This document shows, one piece after another, positions 1 to 7,147 of a stretch of 25,694 nucleotides of DNA (its first letter is position 1; every line of letters starts with the position of its first letter). The stretch comes from a virus (taxonomy: Duplodnaviria > Caudoviricetes), in IMG/VR virus record IMGVR_UViG_3300016652_000041, positions 1 through 25,694 of that record, one strand, 5' to 3'. Under the pieces are notes generated by a model that had not been told where the DNA came from, ran no database searches, and saw only the letters and a program-made list of their open reading frames with translations. Made by a program: the position numbers and the translations under genes.

Positions 1-25
1 ACTCGCTTTCATAGGGTTAGACGTT

Positions 26-352
26 TCAATTATTCGACAGTCTTACGCCAGCGCACTGCATCGCTTTAATCCAATACTTCGCTTTCCTGACTGGATTGTC
101 GCTGCTAAAGTGGATGGATTCGTCACGATATTCGCCAGTCCTGTAATCATGTTCTGATTCACTGGTGAACCAGACACGAGTAGTGCGGCTAGCAGGTGAT
201 TGTGACGGGTGAATGAATCGCTCTCTTAGCATGCAGACTAGCTCACGAAAAGAGACTGACTCATTGATAGCAGAGAATCCAGTATCCTCTACTTCCCCAT
301 GCTCTGCACTTTCTTCTGTTACTACTTCGAATGTCTTATCAATCAATAACAT
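26..352 (-). CDS. Hypothetical protein (early/accessory arm, ~108 aa)
   Basis: ORF 26..367 in track; start moved to ATG at 352 (MLLIDKT...) because GAAAGGA lies 6 nt upstream on the minus strand. No recognisable motif. Confidence 0.7.
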   Translation of the reverse strand: MLLIDKTFEVVTEESAEHGEVEDTGFSAINESVSFRELVCMLRERFIHPSQSPASRTTRVWFTSESEHDYRTGEYRDESIHFSSDNPVRKAKYWIKAMQCAGVRLSNN

Positions 353-422
353 GATGATTCCTTTCATAGGTTAGGTAGTGAAAAGAAGCATACTACAAAT
401 TGTGCCCCTCTACATATATATG

Positions 423-439
423 TGAGAAAATCGTGCCAA
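423..439 (-). promoter_or_regulatory. Sigma54-like -24 element facing the leftward gene (degenerate -12)
   Basis: Minus strand reads TTGGCACGATTTTCTCA: perfect TGGCACG -24 box, but TC instead of GC at -12. Confidence 0.3.
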
Positions 440-441
440 AG

Positions 442-450
442 TTATCCACA
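442..450 (+). promoter_or_regulatory. DnaA box
   Basis: Exact TTATCCACA in intergenic DNA, next to an IHF consensus and an AT-rich tract. Confidence 0.5.
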
Positions 451-458
451 ATGAATAA

Positions 459-471
459 AATCAATAGATTA
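459..471 (+). promoter_or_regulatory. IHF binding site
   Basis: AATCAATAGATTA matches WATCAANNNNTTR exactly, with A-rich sequence upstream. Confidence 0.5.
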
Positions 472-513
472 GCGTTGGTTCGTGACTACTCACTAACTAG
501 ATTCTTTAAATGT

Positions 514-529
514 TGGCATGGTTTATGCT
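514..529 (+). promoter_or_regulatory. Sigma54-like promoter (-24/-12)
   Basis: TGGCATGGTTTATGCT has GG-N10-GC spacing and is close to TGGCACG-N4-TTGCW. Confidence 0.4.
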
Positions 530-625
530 ATTTATTAATAAATGTATAGTAATAATAGTTTATTAATAAACATTTAATAATAAATGTATGTGTATAAGTA
601 TAATAATAACTGTAGATAAGTATAT
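530..625. repeat. Very AT-rich tract with two perfect 14-bp palindromes
   Basis: ATTTATTAATAAAT (530-543) and GTTTATTAATAAAC (558-571) plus TAATAA repeats. Confidence 0.8.
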
Positions 626-847
626 GTGAGGGGATACTAACTTAGATTAGCAACTCCCTGCTCGGCAATATTTGCCTATTGGGTACTGGGCATCGACATG
701 TCGGCCAGTACTCACTAACTTGCGTAGTCATCATTGGTCATGGGTAGTGAGCGCACACTAACTCAGCTATGTGTGTGAGTGGCTACTTACATTGGACTTT
801 GAGTCGTGGCGGGCGTGCCCCCCAACGTCCTCCCCCCATAAGAAAAA

Positions 848-875
848 TTGTGTTTCTGGTGTGGTGGTGTATAGT
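848..875 (+). promoter_or_regulatory. Possible sigma70 promoter for the rightward operon
   Basis: TTGTGT-16 nt-TATAGT, ~30 nt upstream of the AGAGAGG RBS and ATG 908. Confidence 0.3.
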
Positions 876-907
876 GTGGTTGTAGTTGTTATTTAAGAGA
901 GGCTGAC

Positions 908-1120
908 ATGTACGAGATAGAGAAGAATGTTCCGATTCCTGAGTGCCAGAAGGCTGGCAGGTTTCCTTACGAGGAGTTAGATGTGAATGATTCGTTTAGG
1001 GTAGAGGGAGTGAAGTTACAGAGTGTGTGTAACAGTAACTATCGGGCTAATAAGAGGTTGGGTAGGAAGTTTGTGGCTAGGGTAGATGGGGATGGTGTGC
1101 GGGTGTGGAGGGTTTCTTGA
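908..1120 (+). CDS. Small conserved phage protein, possibly DNA-binding
   Basis: IEKNVPIP...FPYEELDVNDSF...VRVWRV pattern is a recurrent small phage protein family; RBS AGAGAGG. Confidence 0.75.
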   Translation: MYEIEKNVPIPECQKAGRFPYEELDVNDSFRVEGVKLQSVCNSNYRANKRLGRKFVARVDGDGVRVWRVS

Positions 1121-1129
1121 GAGGGATTT

Positions 1130-1321
1130 ATGGCTACGGATATTTTGGAGAGCCTGCGGTCTGATGTTAGGAGGGAGCCTTTGGTGTGTTTAGCTGCTGC
1201 TCAGGAGATTGATTCGATGAGGGCGGAGTTAGACAGGGCCAAGAGGGATGCTTTCTTTTGGCAGATGATTGCTTGTGCCTTACAAGATGAAAATCGCCAT
1301 AGTTACGCCGACCACGGGTAA
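1130..1321 (+). CDS. Hypothetical protein with short coiled coil
   Basis: RBS GAGAGGGA; tiles between 908 ORF and glycosyltransferase; AAQEIDSMRAELDR helix. Confidence 0.65.
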   Translation: MATDILESLRSDVRREPLVCLAAAQEIDSMRAELDRAKRDAFFWQMIACALQDENRHSYADHG

Positions 1322-2039
1322 TCCGTATTTGGCTAAGGCGATCTATTCGGTGCGCTATCAGAGTGTGCCGGTGGATCACTATGTCTTTGTGGATGGTAAG
1401 CAGTATTGGTCTAAGGCGTATGAGATTACGAGGCAGTATCCGCATTTGAAGGTTTACCAGTTGCCTGAGAACACTGGGAGCAATGGGTTTAATGGGCATC
1501 GCATTTATGCGGCCTCATCGTTTTTGGTCAATGCTGACTATGTGTTTTTCTTAGATGAGGATAATTACTATGACTCCGATCATGTGGAGTCTTGTATGGC
1601 TTTGATACAGAAAAATGGTTTGGACTGGGCGTATTCCTTACGCAAGATTGTGGGTGAGGATGGTGAGTACCTGTGCCATGATGATTGTGATTCTCTTGGC
1701 TTTTATGGGAACTATTGTGATGGTCGCCCCGGCTTTGTGGATACTTCTTGCTATGCCTTTTCGTTGAAGGTTTTAACGACTCTTGGTCATGTTTGGTATA
1801 GCAATGAGTACACGACAGACTTTAGGTTTTATCAGTATGTGTCTGCCATTTTTCCCAAGTATGGCTGCACAGGGCAGTACACCAGTGAGTATCGGCTGCA
1901 TGGTAAGACCTTCCCAAGGTTTAAGGGTTGGTTTACTCCCGGTAATGCCAATGCTAGACAACAACATCCCAAGGCGTTTCCTTGGGCAACACCTAAAGTA
2001 AATGAGCCATCACCAATTCAACATAAAGCAGTTCTATAA
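1287..2039 (+). CDS. Glycosyltransferase family 2 (GT-A fold)
   Basis: N-terminal IAIVTPT..YLAKAIYSVRYQ, VFVDG, and FFLDEDNYY (DxD motif). Start set at ATG 1287 (MKIAIV). Confidence 0.85.
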   Translation: MKIAIVTPTTGNPYLAKAIYSVRYQSVPVDHYVFVDGKQYWSKAYEITRQYPHLKVYQLPENTGSNGFNGHRIYAASSFLVNADYVFFLDEDNYYDSDHVESCMALIQKNGLDWAYSLRKIVGEDGEYLCHDDCDSLGFYGNYCDGRPGFVDTSCYAFSLKVLTTLGHVWYSNEYTTDFRFYQYVSAIFPKYGCTGQYTSEYRLHGKTFPRFKGWFTPGNANARQQHPKAFPWATPKVNEPSPIQHKAVL

Positions 2040-3771
2040 GTTCTGCCAGCAGTTAAAGATTGAATCCAAGGAAAGAGGGATGATTACCCTTGGAGACACG
2101 CTTCTTGGAAGCCAGACCTATGTGATGGATGAGGTGGGCAAGGGACTCAATGATGGGGTTCACTTCTTTATAGTCCTGAAAGGACGGCAGCTTGGTATCA
2201 CCACCATCAGTCTTGCGCTTGATCTTTATTGGCACTTCCTGCACCCCGGTATGCAAGGCACCCTGACAACTGATACAGAGGAGAACAGGGAGCAGTTTAG
2301 AAGTACCTTGCAGATGTACATGGATGGCTTGCCAAAAGAGTACAAGATTCCTTTGCTCAGTCATAACCGCAATCAATTGGTTCTGAAGAACAGGTCTAGG
2401 TTGTTCTATCAGGTGGCTGGTTTGAGGGCCAAGGGTTCGCTTGGTCGGGGCAAAGGGATCACCTTTTTGCATGGCACGGAGACAAGTTCATGGGGCGATG
2501 AGGAGGGTTTAGCGTCCCTGCTTGCTTCTCTTGCAGAGACTAACCCGCTGCGCTATTACATGTTTGAGAGTACCGCCCGTGGCTTTAATATGTTCCACGA
2601 CATGTGGGTGACGGCTAAGAGGGCCAAGACTCAGAAGGCTATCTTCTGTGGCTGGTGGAGAAACCAGTTTTATTCAGTCAATGCTGATAGCAACATCTAC
2701 AAAGTGTACTGGGATGGAAAACTTAACTCCGAGGAAAAAGAATGGGTCAGAGAGATCAAGAAGATATACGGAGTGGAGATCAACTCACGCCAGATAGCTT
2801 GGTGGCGATGGAAGATGCACGAAGGACTGAAAGACGAGAGTTTGATGTATCAGGAGTTCCCGCCCACGGAAGACTATGCTTTCATAATGACGGGAACATC
2901 TTTTTTCTCTACGGCTCGATGTACGGACGCTGCGAAACTTGCAAAGAAGAATGTACCGGATCACTACCGATTCGTTTTTGGATCGAACTTTGAAGACACC
3001 CAGTTAATCAAGTCTACAGAGCGTCTAGCCACCCTGCTAATCTGGGAAGAACCCAAACCCAATGGCTACTATGTCATTGGTGCAGACCCCGCCTACGGCT
3101 CATCAGACTGGGCTGACCGCTTCTGCATACAGGTCTATAGATGCTACGCAGATGGTATGGATCAGGTGGCAGAATTTGCCACTGCTGAACTCAACACTTA
3201 TCAGTTTGCTTGGGTAATTTGCTACCTTGCTGGCTTGTATAAGAACTCGGTCTTAAACCTTGAGATTCAAGGTGGTGGGCAGGCAGTTATCAACGAGATG
3301 CGTAACTTAAAGCGTCTAGCCACTGCTATGCCCGGAGGCTATGGTAAGGCGCTTACCGATGTACTGTCGCACATGCAGTATTACCTCTGGCGGCGCAATG
3401 ACTCCCTTGGCGGCATCTCCAATAGCCTTGGTTGGCTGACTACTAGTCAGACCAAAGAGAGGATGCTTAACTACTTCAAGGATTACTTTGAGCGAGGCAT
3501 GTTAAGGGTCAGTAGCATGGATTTATTAGATGAGATGAAATCAATCACCCGTGATGGCTCACAGATTGCTGCCTATGGGAGAGGTAAGGATGACCGTGTG
3601 ATGGCTACAGGCTTGGCCTGCGCTGCCTTTGCCGAACAATTACAACCAAGGCTGATCCAAGGCAAGTTAACCAGAGAGCGTCAGGCACCCATTGAAGACA
3701 AGACTGCTGACCAGATGGCTTATCAGAGGAATGTCACCGACTATCTAAAGCGCATTGGCTATGGAACATAG
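2002..3771 (+). CDS. terL: Terminase large subunit
   Basis: Walker A LKGRQLGITT, Walker B variant FLHGTE, coupling motif ESTARG, RNase H-like nuclease motifs IGADPAYG and DDRVMA; upstream of portal. Confidence 0.92.
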   Translation: MSHHQFNIKQFYKFCQQLKIESKERGMITLGDTLLGSQTYVMDEVGKGLNDGVHFFIVLKGRQLGITTISLALDLYWHFLHPGMQGTLTTDTEENREQFRSTLQMYMDGLPKEYKIPLLSHNRNQLVLKNRSRLFYQVAGLRAKGSLGRGKGITFLHGTETSSWGDEEGLASLLASLAETNPLRYYMFESTARGFNMFHDMWVTAKRAKTQKAIFCGWWRNQFYSVNADSNIYKVYWDGKLNSEEKEWVREIKKIYGVEINSRQIAWWRWKMHEGLKDESLMYQEFPPTEDYAFIMTGTSFFSTARCTDAAKLAKKNVPDHYRFVFGSNFEDTQLIKSTERLATLLIWEEPKPNGYYVIGADPAYGSSDWADRFCIQVYRCYADGMDQVAEFATAELNTYQFAWVICYLAGLYKNSVLNLEIQGGGQAVINEMRNLKRLATAMPGGYGKALTDVLSHMQYYLWRRNDSLGGISNSLGWLTTSQTKERMLNYFKDYFERGMLRVSSMDLLDEMKSITRDGSQIAAYGRGKDDRVMATGLACAAFAEQLQPRLIQGKLTRERQAPIEDKTADQMAYQRNVTDYLKRIGYGT

Positions 3772-4180
3772 ACCCTATTCCAAAGTAGAACTTGTCAAAA
3801 TCATCAAACGCTTTGCTGCTGACAAGAAACGTGGCATTAGCCTAGAGAACTTCTGCGAGATGGCAGGCGTTGACCTGCGGGATTTCCGCAAAGCCTTCCT
3901 ACAAGAGACCATCAATATCTCAGAAGTGATGCAAATTCGGGTGTCCAAGACCATCAAATCTTGGGAAAACGGGGAAATAGCGGTCTACAAGAACTGGGAT
4001 AGAACCGTTACACCCGAATACAGACGCTTTGCCAAACCAGCCTTTAAGCGAAACATGGGCTTTGTAATGACCAAAGATGGCGTAAAGCTGGACATCGGCA
4101 TTGTCAACAGGCGTGACTACACCAAACCAACCTTCCTAGAACACTTGGAAGCATTACCAAAAAAGGGGCCAAAATGGTAA
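3761..4180 (+). CDS. Hypothetical protein with HTH-like segment
   Basis: RGISLENFCEMAGVDLRDFRKAF resembles an XRE-type HTH; overlaps terL stop; start set at ATG 3761. Confidence 0.6.
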   Translation: MEHRPYSKVELVKIIKRFAADKKRGISLENFCEMAGVDLRDFRKAFLQETINISEVMQIRVSKTIKSWENGEIAVYKNWDRTVTPEYRRFAKPAFKRNMGFVMTKDGVKLDIGIVNRRDYTKPTFLEHLEALPKKGPKW

Positions 4181-4602
4181 TCAAAGAATGGAAATGCGAA
4201 GAACACGGATACTTTGAGAGCAAAACAGCACAATGCCCACAAGGATGCACCAATGGCATCTCTCAAGTATTCCTAACACCAGTTGCTATGAAGTCAGACA
4301 AGACTAAGCATAGTGACAAGACATTAAAGCAATTAGCGATGGATTTTAATATGACGGATATAAAGAGTGCCCGTGAGGGTGAGGCGCAGCCGCCTCGTTT
4401 TGCCCAACCCAAGCCGCAGCCTGAGAATCCTTTTGCTGTGCGTTGGGGAAGTCCCGGTTCGATTGGCAATTACAACGTGCGCTCGGTTGCTGGTGAGAAT
4501 GTCAATGGTCTGGCTGCTGTCAAACAATCTGGCGTACAGTTGACAAAACCTAGAACAGCCTCGTACATTGCAGATCATCAGAACTTGAAGATTGACAAGT
4601 AA
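4174..4602 (+). CDS. Zinc-ribbon (FmdB-like) phage protein
   Basis: N-terminal EWKCEEHGYFE...CPQGC; commonly found between terminase and portal; TAATG coupling to portal. Confidence 0.65.
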   Translation: MVIKEWKCEEHGYFESKTAQCPQGCTNGISQVFLTPVAMKSDKTKHSDKTLKQLAMDFNMTDIKSAREGEAQPPRFAQPKPQPENPFAVRWGSPGSIGNYNVRSVAGENVNGLAAVKQSGVQLTKPRTASYIADHQNLKIDK

Positions 4603-6233
4603 TGCGGATACCGTCAAAAGATGCTGACCGACTTTTCTTTGTACTTGACCTGATACGCAAGTGCGAAATCTCGGTTGAGCAGCGCAAAACGACGTACAAC
4701 ACGCTACGCAATTACTTCCTGTTTGGCTCTGCACCCAATGACTCGCCAGCAGCCTTTAACAAGATTTACCCGCACATTGACCAGTTAGTCTCTTTCCTCT
4801 ACTCGGCAGAGACTACCCGCTTTAACGTCCATCTGGGCGCTACCGTCAATGAGCATGAGCATAAGAAAGTTCCTCGCCTTATCTCCGCACTGTCTGACGA
4901 ATGGCTTAACTCCAATGCAGACATGGTGTTTAACGAGGCATTGACTTGGGCGCTTTGCTACAACAGCACCTTTATCAAACTGGCGTGGCGCAATAGCGTC
5001 CATCCGTTCTTCGTAGAACCCGGAGCCATTGGTGTGCTGCGTGAGGACGTTCCCTACACGGATCGTCAAGAAGCTATCTCACAAAAGTACTACATCACCA
5101 AGTCTGAGTTGATGTCTAGGCTCTACAACCACCCAGACCGTGATCGCATCGTCAAAGAGATTACCTACATGCCCCACCAAAGGACGGATTCGCCTCAAGG
5201 TGTCTCCCGTCTGATTACCTCTCAGATCAACCCAGTCATGTACGGCAACGTCAACCTAGACTTGCAAAGCACCAACATGTACAAGCCCAATGTGGCTGAA
5301 GACACGGTGGAAATGACCGAGTTGTGGGTGTTTGATGATGAAATCAATGACTATCGGGTGTTTACGGTTGCAGACCCCGGTGTGGTGATCTACGACCGTC
5401 CGGGTGAGCAGTTATTCCTCAAAGGTGAGTTGCCCTTTGTTCAAATCTGCCCCAACCCGCAATACGACTACTACTGGGGTCAATCTGAGGTACAACGCCT
5501 GATCTACCTGCAAGACATGCGTAATAAACGCATGGGCGAGATCATGGACTTGCTTGCCAAACAGGTGTCCCCGCCAACAGCCTTGATCGGCTTTACAGGT
5601 ATCTTGGATGAGAAAGATTTTGCTCTTAACCGTGCTGGTGGTTTGCTTGCAACCGATATGCCAAACGCAAAGATTGAAAAACTATCTCCAAACATCCCAA
5701 ATGATGCCTTTAGAGAGATTAACGAGATAGATAACATGTTTGCAGAGATGTCTGGTATCTCTTCAGTCCTGCAAGGACGGGGGGAATCAGGGGTGCGCTC
5801 TGCCGGACATGCCAGTCAATTAGCCCGTCTAGGCTCCTCAAGAGCCAAAAAACGGGCGCTCATCATCGAGGATTCCCTTGAAAAGGTGGCTACGCTATAC
5901 CTAAAGATGATGCAACGCTACGATAACCGGCACTACAAGGACGAAGACAACCTGCCGTTTATCATTGAACAGTTCACAAAAGACTTTGTGGTGAAGGTGG
6001 ATGCCCACTCTAACTCCCCAATCTTTATGGAAGACAGCCGTTCGCTTGCATTTAACCTCTTCAAGGCCGGTGCATTGACTAAAGAACGGTTGATAGATAT
6101 GGTGGAACCACCGTTGAGGCAATTAATTAAGGAAGACCTTAGAAAAATGGCTCAACAACCGCAGCAACCACAAGCAGGAGGCGCTCAACCTGCTCAACCA
6201 AAAGAGAGCGCACCAATGCAAAGGGTGAAATGA
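4602..6233 (+). CDS. Portal protein (podovirus/P22-like)
   Basis: 543 aa between terL and head genes; LPFVQ..YYWGQSEV..LIYLQ, MSGISSVLQG..SGVRSA motifs; Q/P-rich C-terminal tail. Confidence 0.85.
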   Translation: MRIPSKDADRLFFVLDLIRKCEISVEQRKTTYNTLRNYFLFGSAPNDSPAAFNKIYPHIDQLVSFLYSAETTRFNVHLGATVNEHEHKKVPRLISALSDEWLNSNADMVFNEALTWALCYNSTFIKLAWRNSVHPFFVEPGAIGVLREDVPYTDRQEAISQKYYITKSELMSRLYNHPDRDRIVKEITYMPHQRTDSPQGVSRLITSQINPVMYGNVNLDLQSTNMYKPNVAEDTVEMTELWVFDDEINDYRVFTVADPGVVIYDRPGEQLFLKGELPFVQICPNPQYDYYWGQSEVQRLIYLQDMRNKRMGEIMDLLAKQVSPPTALIGFTGILDEKDFALNRAGGLLATDMPNAKIEKLSPNIPNDAFREINEIDNMFAEMSGISSVLQGRGESGVRSAGHASQLARLGSSRAKKRALIIEDSLEKVATLYLKMMQRYDNRHYKDEDNLPFIIEQFTKDFVVKVDAHSNSPIFMEDSRSLAFNLFKAGALTKERLIDMVEPPLRQLIKEDLRKMAQQPQQPQAGGAQPAQPKESAPMQRVK

Positions 6234-6397
6234 TGGCAAAACAAGCAACTGGCGGCAGCATGGTGGGCGATCAGCCCCGTATGAGTCAGAAATCCATCAG
6301 AGAGTTCTCCGATAGGACTCCAACAGTCACATATTCTCAAAAACGCATCGGTCAAGTAAAGTCTGACCGAACACAGCGCAGTTATGGCAGGGGCTAA
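6230..6397 (+). CDS. Small basic hypothetical protein (55 aa; not in ORF track)
   Basis: ATGA overlap with portal stop; MMAKQATGGSMVGDQPRMSQKSIREFSDRTPTVTYSQKRIGQVKSDRTQRSYGRG. Confidence 0.7.
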   Translation: MMAKQATGGSMVGDQPRMSQKSIREFSDRTPTVTYSQKRIGQVKSDRTQRSYGRG

Positions 6398-6414
6398 CTC
6401 TCTAGGAGAAGACT

Positions 6415-6459
6415 ATGTACGCTAAGAAAATGAAGCGTGGTCGGAAAACACGGCGCTAA
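6415..6459 (+). CDS. Arg/Lys-rich micropeptide MYAKKMKRGRKTRR (14 aa)
   Basis: AGGAGA (6404-6409) 5 nt before ATG; leader closely resembles that of the major capsid gene; 8 of 14 residues basic. Confidence 0.65.
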   Translation: MYAKKMKRGRKTRR

Positions 6460-6462
6460 AGG

Positions 6463-6514
6463 TTTCCTTAATCAGGAAAAGGGTATGGCTGCTTGCCCTG
6501 TGAACTAGGTGGCC
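6463..6514 (+). other. Structured RNA: hairpin plus H-type pseudoknot candidate
   Basis: TTTCCT/AGGAAA hairpin (6463-6479); AGGGTA/TGCCCT stem (6480-6499) whose loop GGCTGCT can pair with GGTGGCC (6508-6514). Confidence 0.45.
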
Positions 6515-6537
6515 CCTGCTATTGAAAGGAATCGATC

Positions 6538-6579
6538 ATGGCACGCAAAGCTCGCAAAGGCCGTAAGGCTCGCAAGTAA
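6538..6579 (+). CDS. Arg/Lys-rich micropeptide MARKARKGRKARK (13 aa)
   Basis: GAAAGGA (6524-6530) 7 nt before ATG; four (A/G)RK repeats encoded with varying synonymous codons. Confidence 0.7.
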   Translation: MARKARKGRKARK

Positions 6580-6580
6580 T

Positions 6581-6649
6581 TGGTAGCCCTTCGGGGCTTC
6601 CATTCAGGGGGTGGCTAGTCCACCCCTTGACAAAACAATGTTTTTTTTT
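6581..6649 (+). terminator. Tandem hairpins followed by T9 tract (terminator or 3' stability element)
   Basis: TGGTAGCCC-TTCG-GGGCTTCCA (cUUCGg loop) and TCAGGGGGTGG-CTAGT-CCACCCCTTGA; T9 at 6641-6649 is 10 nt from the stem, so not a canonical geometry. Confidence 0.45.
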
Positions 6650-6675
6650 AACCTTTGTCGTAAGTAAGTACTAAC
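6627..6675 (+). promoter_or_regulatory. Sigma70-like promoter with downstream 16-bp palindromic site
   Basis: TTGACA (6627-6632)-16 nt-TAACCT (6649-6654); GTAAGT-AAGT-ACTAAC (6660-6675) overlaps the expected +1. Confidence 0.5.
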
Positions 6676-6685
6676 TGAGGGTGTT

Positions 6686-7135
6686 ATGGACGGACAAGAC
6701 AAGAAAATGATGGAACTACTGAAGCGGGACGCTAATGCGGCTCCCACTACGCCACCGTCTTCTCTTGCCGAAGCTGAAACCCCTCCTACTGGCTCTCCCA
6801 TGAGTACGCCTGAACCCAAAGAGGGTGAGAGGGCCGCTGCCAAAATTAACATCCAGATTGCGATGGATTTGCTTCAGCAATCCCTGCCTGCCATTGGTTC
6901 AGACACCGAAGAGGGCAAAGCACTCATGGATACGGTCAAGGGTCTAGCGAAAGTCTTTGGAAAGCCAGAGGCTCGGACGCAAGAACTCATCCCGTCAGAG
7001 ATTATTCAGATGATGCAAACGCTGCCTCAAGCGGCGGGGGCAACACCGGAGCAAAAGGTGGTTCAGTCTCAACCGGCTGTTCAACCACCGATGCCTCCAC
7101 AACCACCGGCAGGTCAACCCACTCCACCCATGTAA
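6686..7135 (+). CDS. Hypothetical head-module protein, Pro-rich termini
   Basis: RBS GAGGG; helical core flanked by P/Q/T-rich tails; between portal and capsid genes. Confidence 0.75.
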   Translation: MDGQDKKMMELLKRDANAAPTTPPSSLAEAETPPTGSPMSTPEPKEGERAAAKINIQIAMDLLQQSLPAIGSDTEEGKALMDTVKGLAKVFGKPEARTQELIPSEIIQMMQTLPQAAGATPEQKVVQSQPAVQPPMPPQPPAGQPTPPM

Positions 7136-7147
7136 AGGAGATTTATC

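Larger units (their letters stand above)
482..790. repeat. Cluster of five 16-bp quasi-palindromic sites (482-497, 626-641, 704-719, 747-762, 775-790)
   Basis: GTGACT-ACTC-ACTAAC, GTGAGG-GGAT-ACTAAC, GCCAGT-ACTC-ACTAAC, GTGAGC-GCAC-ACTAAC, GTGAGT-GGCT-ACTTAC; the same motif recurs elsewhere in the window. Confidence 0.85.

Noticed and set aside
482-790. Repeat cluster as a mini CRISPR array
   Set aside because: Repeats are 16 bp, degenerate and irregularly spaced (12-128 bp gaps); no cas genes.
2461-2490. Walker B FLHGTE as a sign of an inactive terminase
   Set aside because: Ser/Thr for Asp variants (LHxSE type) occur in other large terminases; catalytic Glu and all other motifs are intact.
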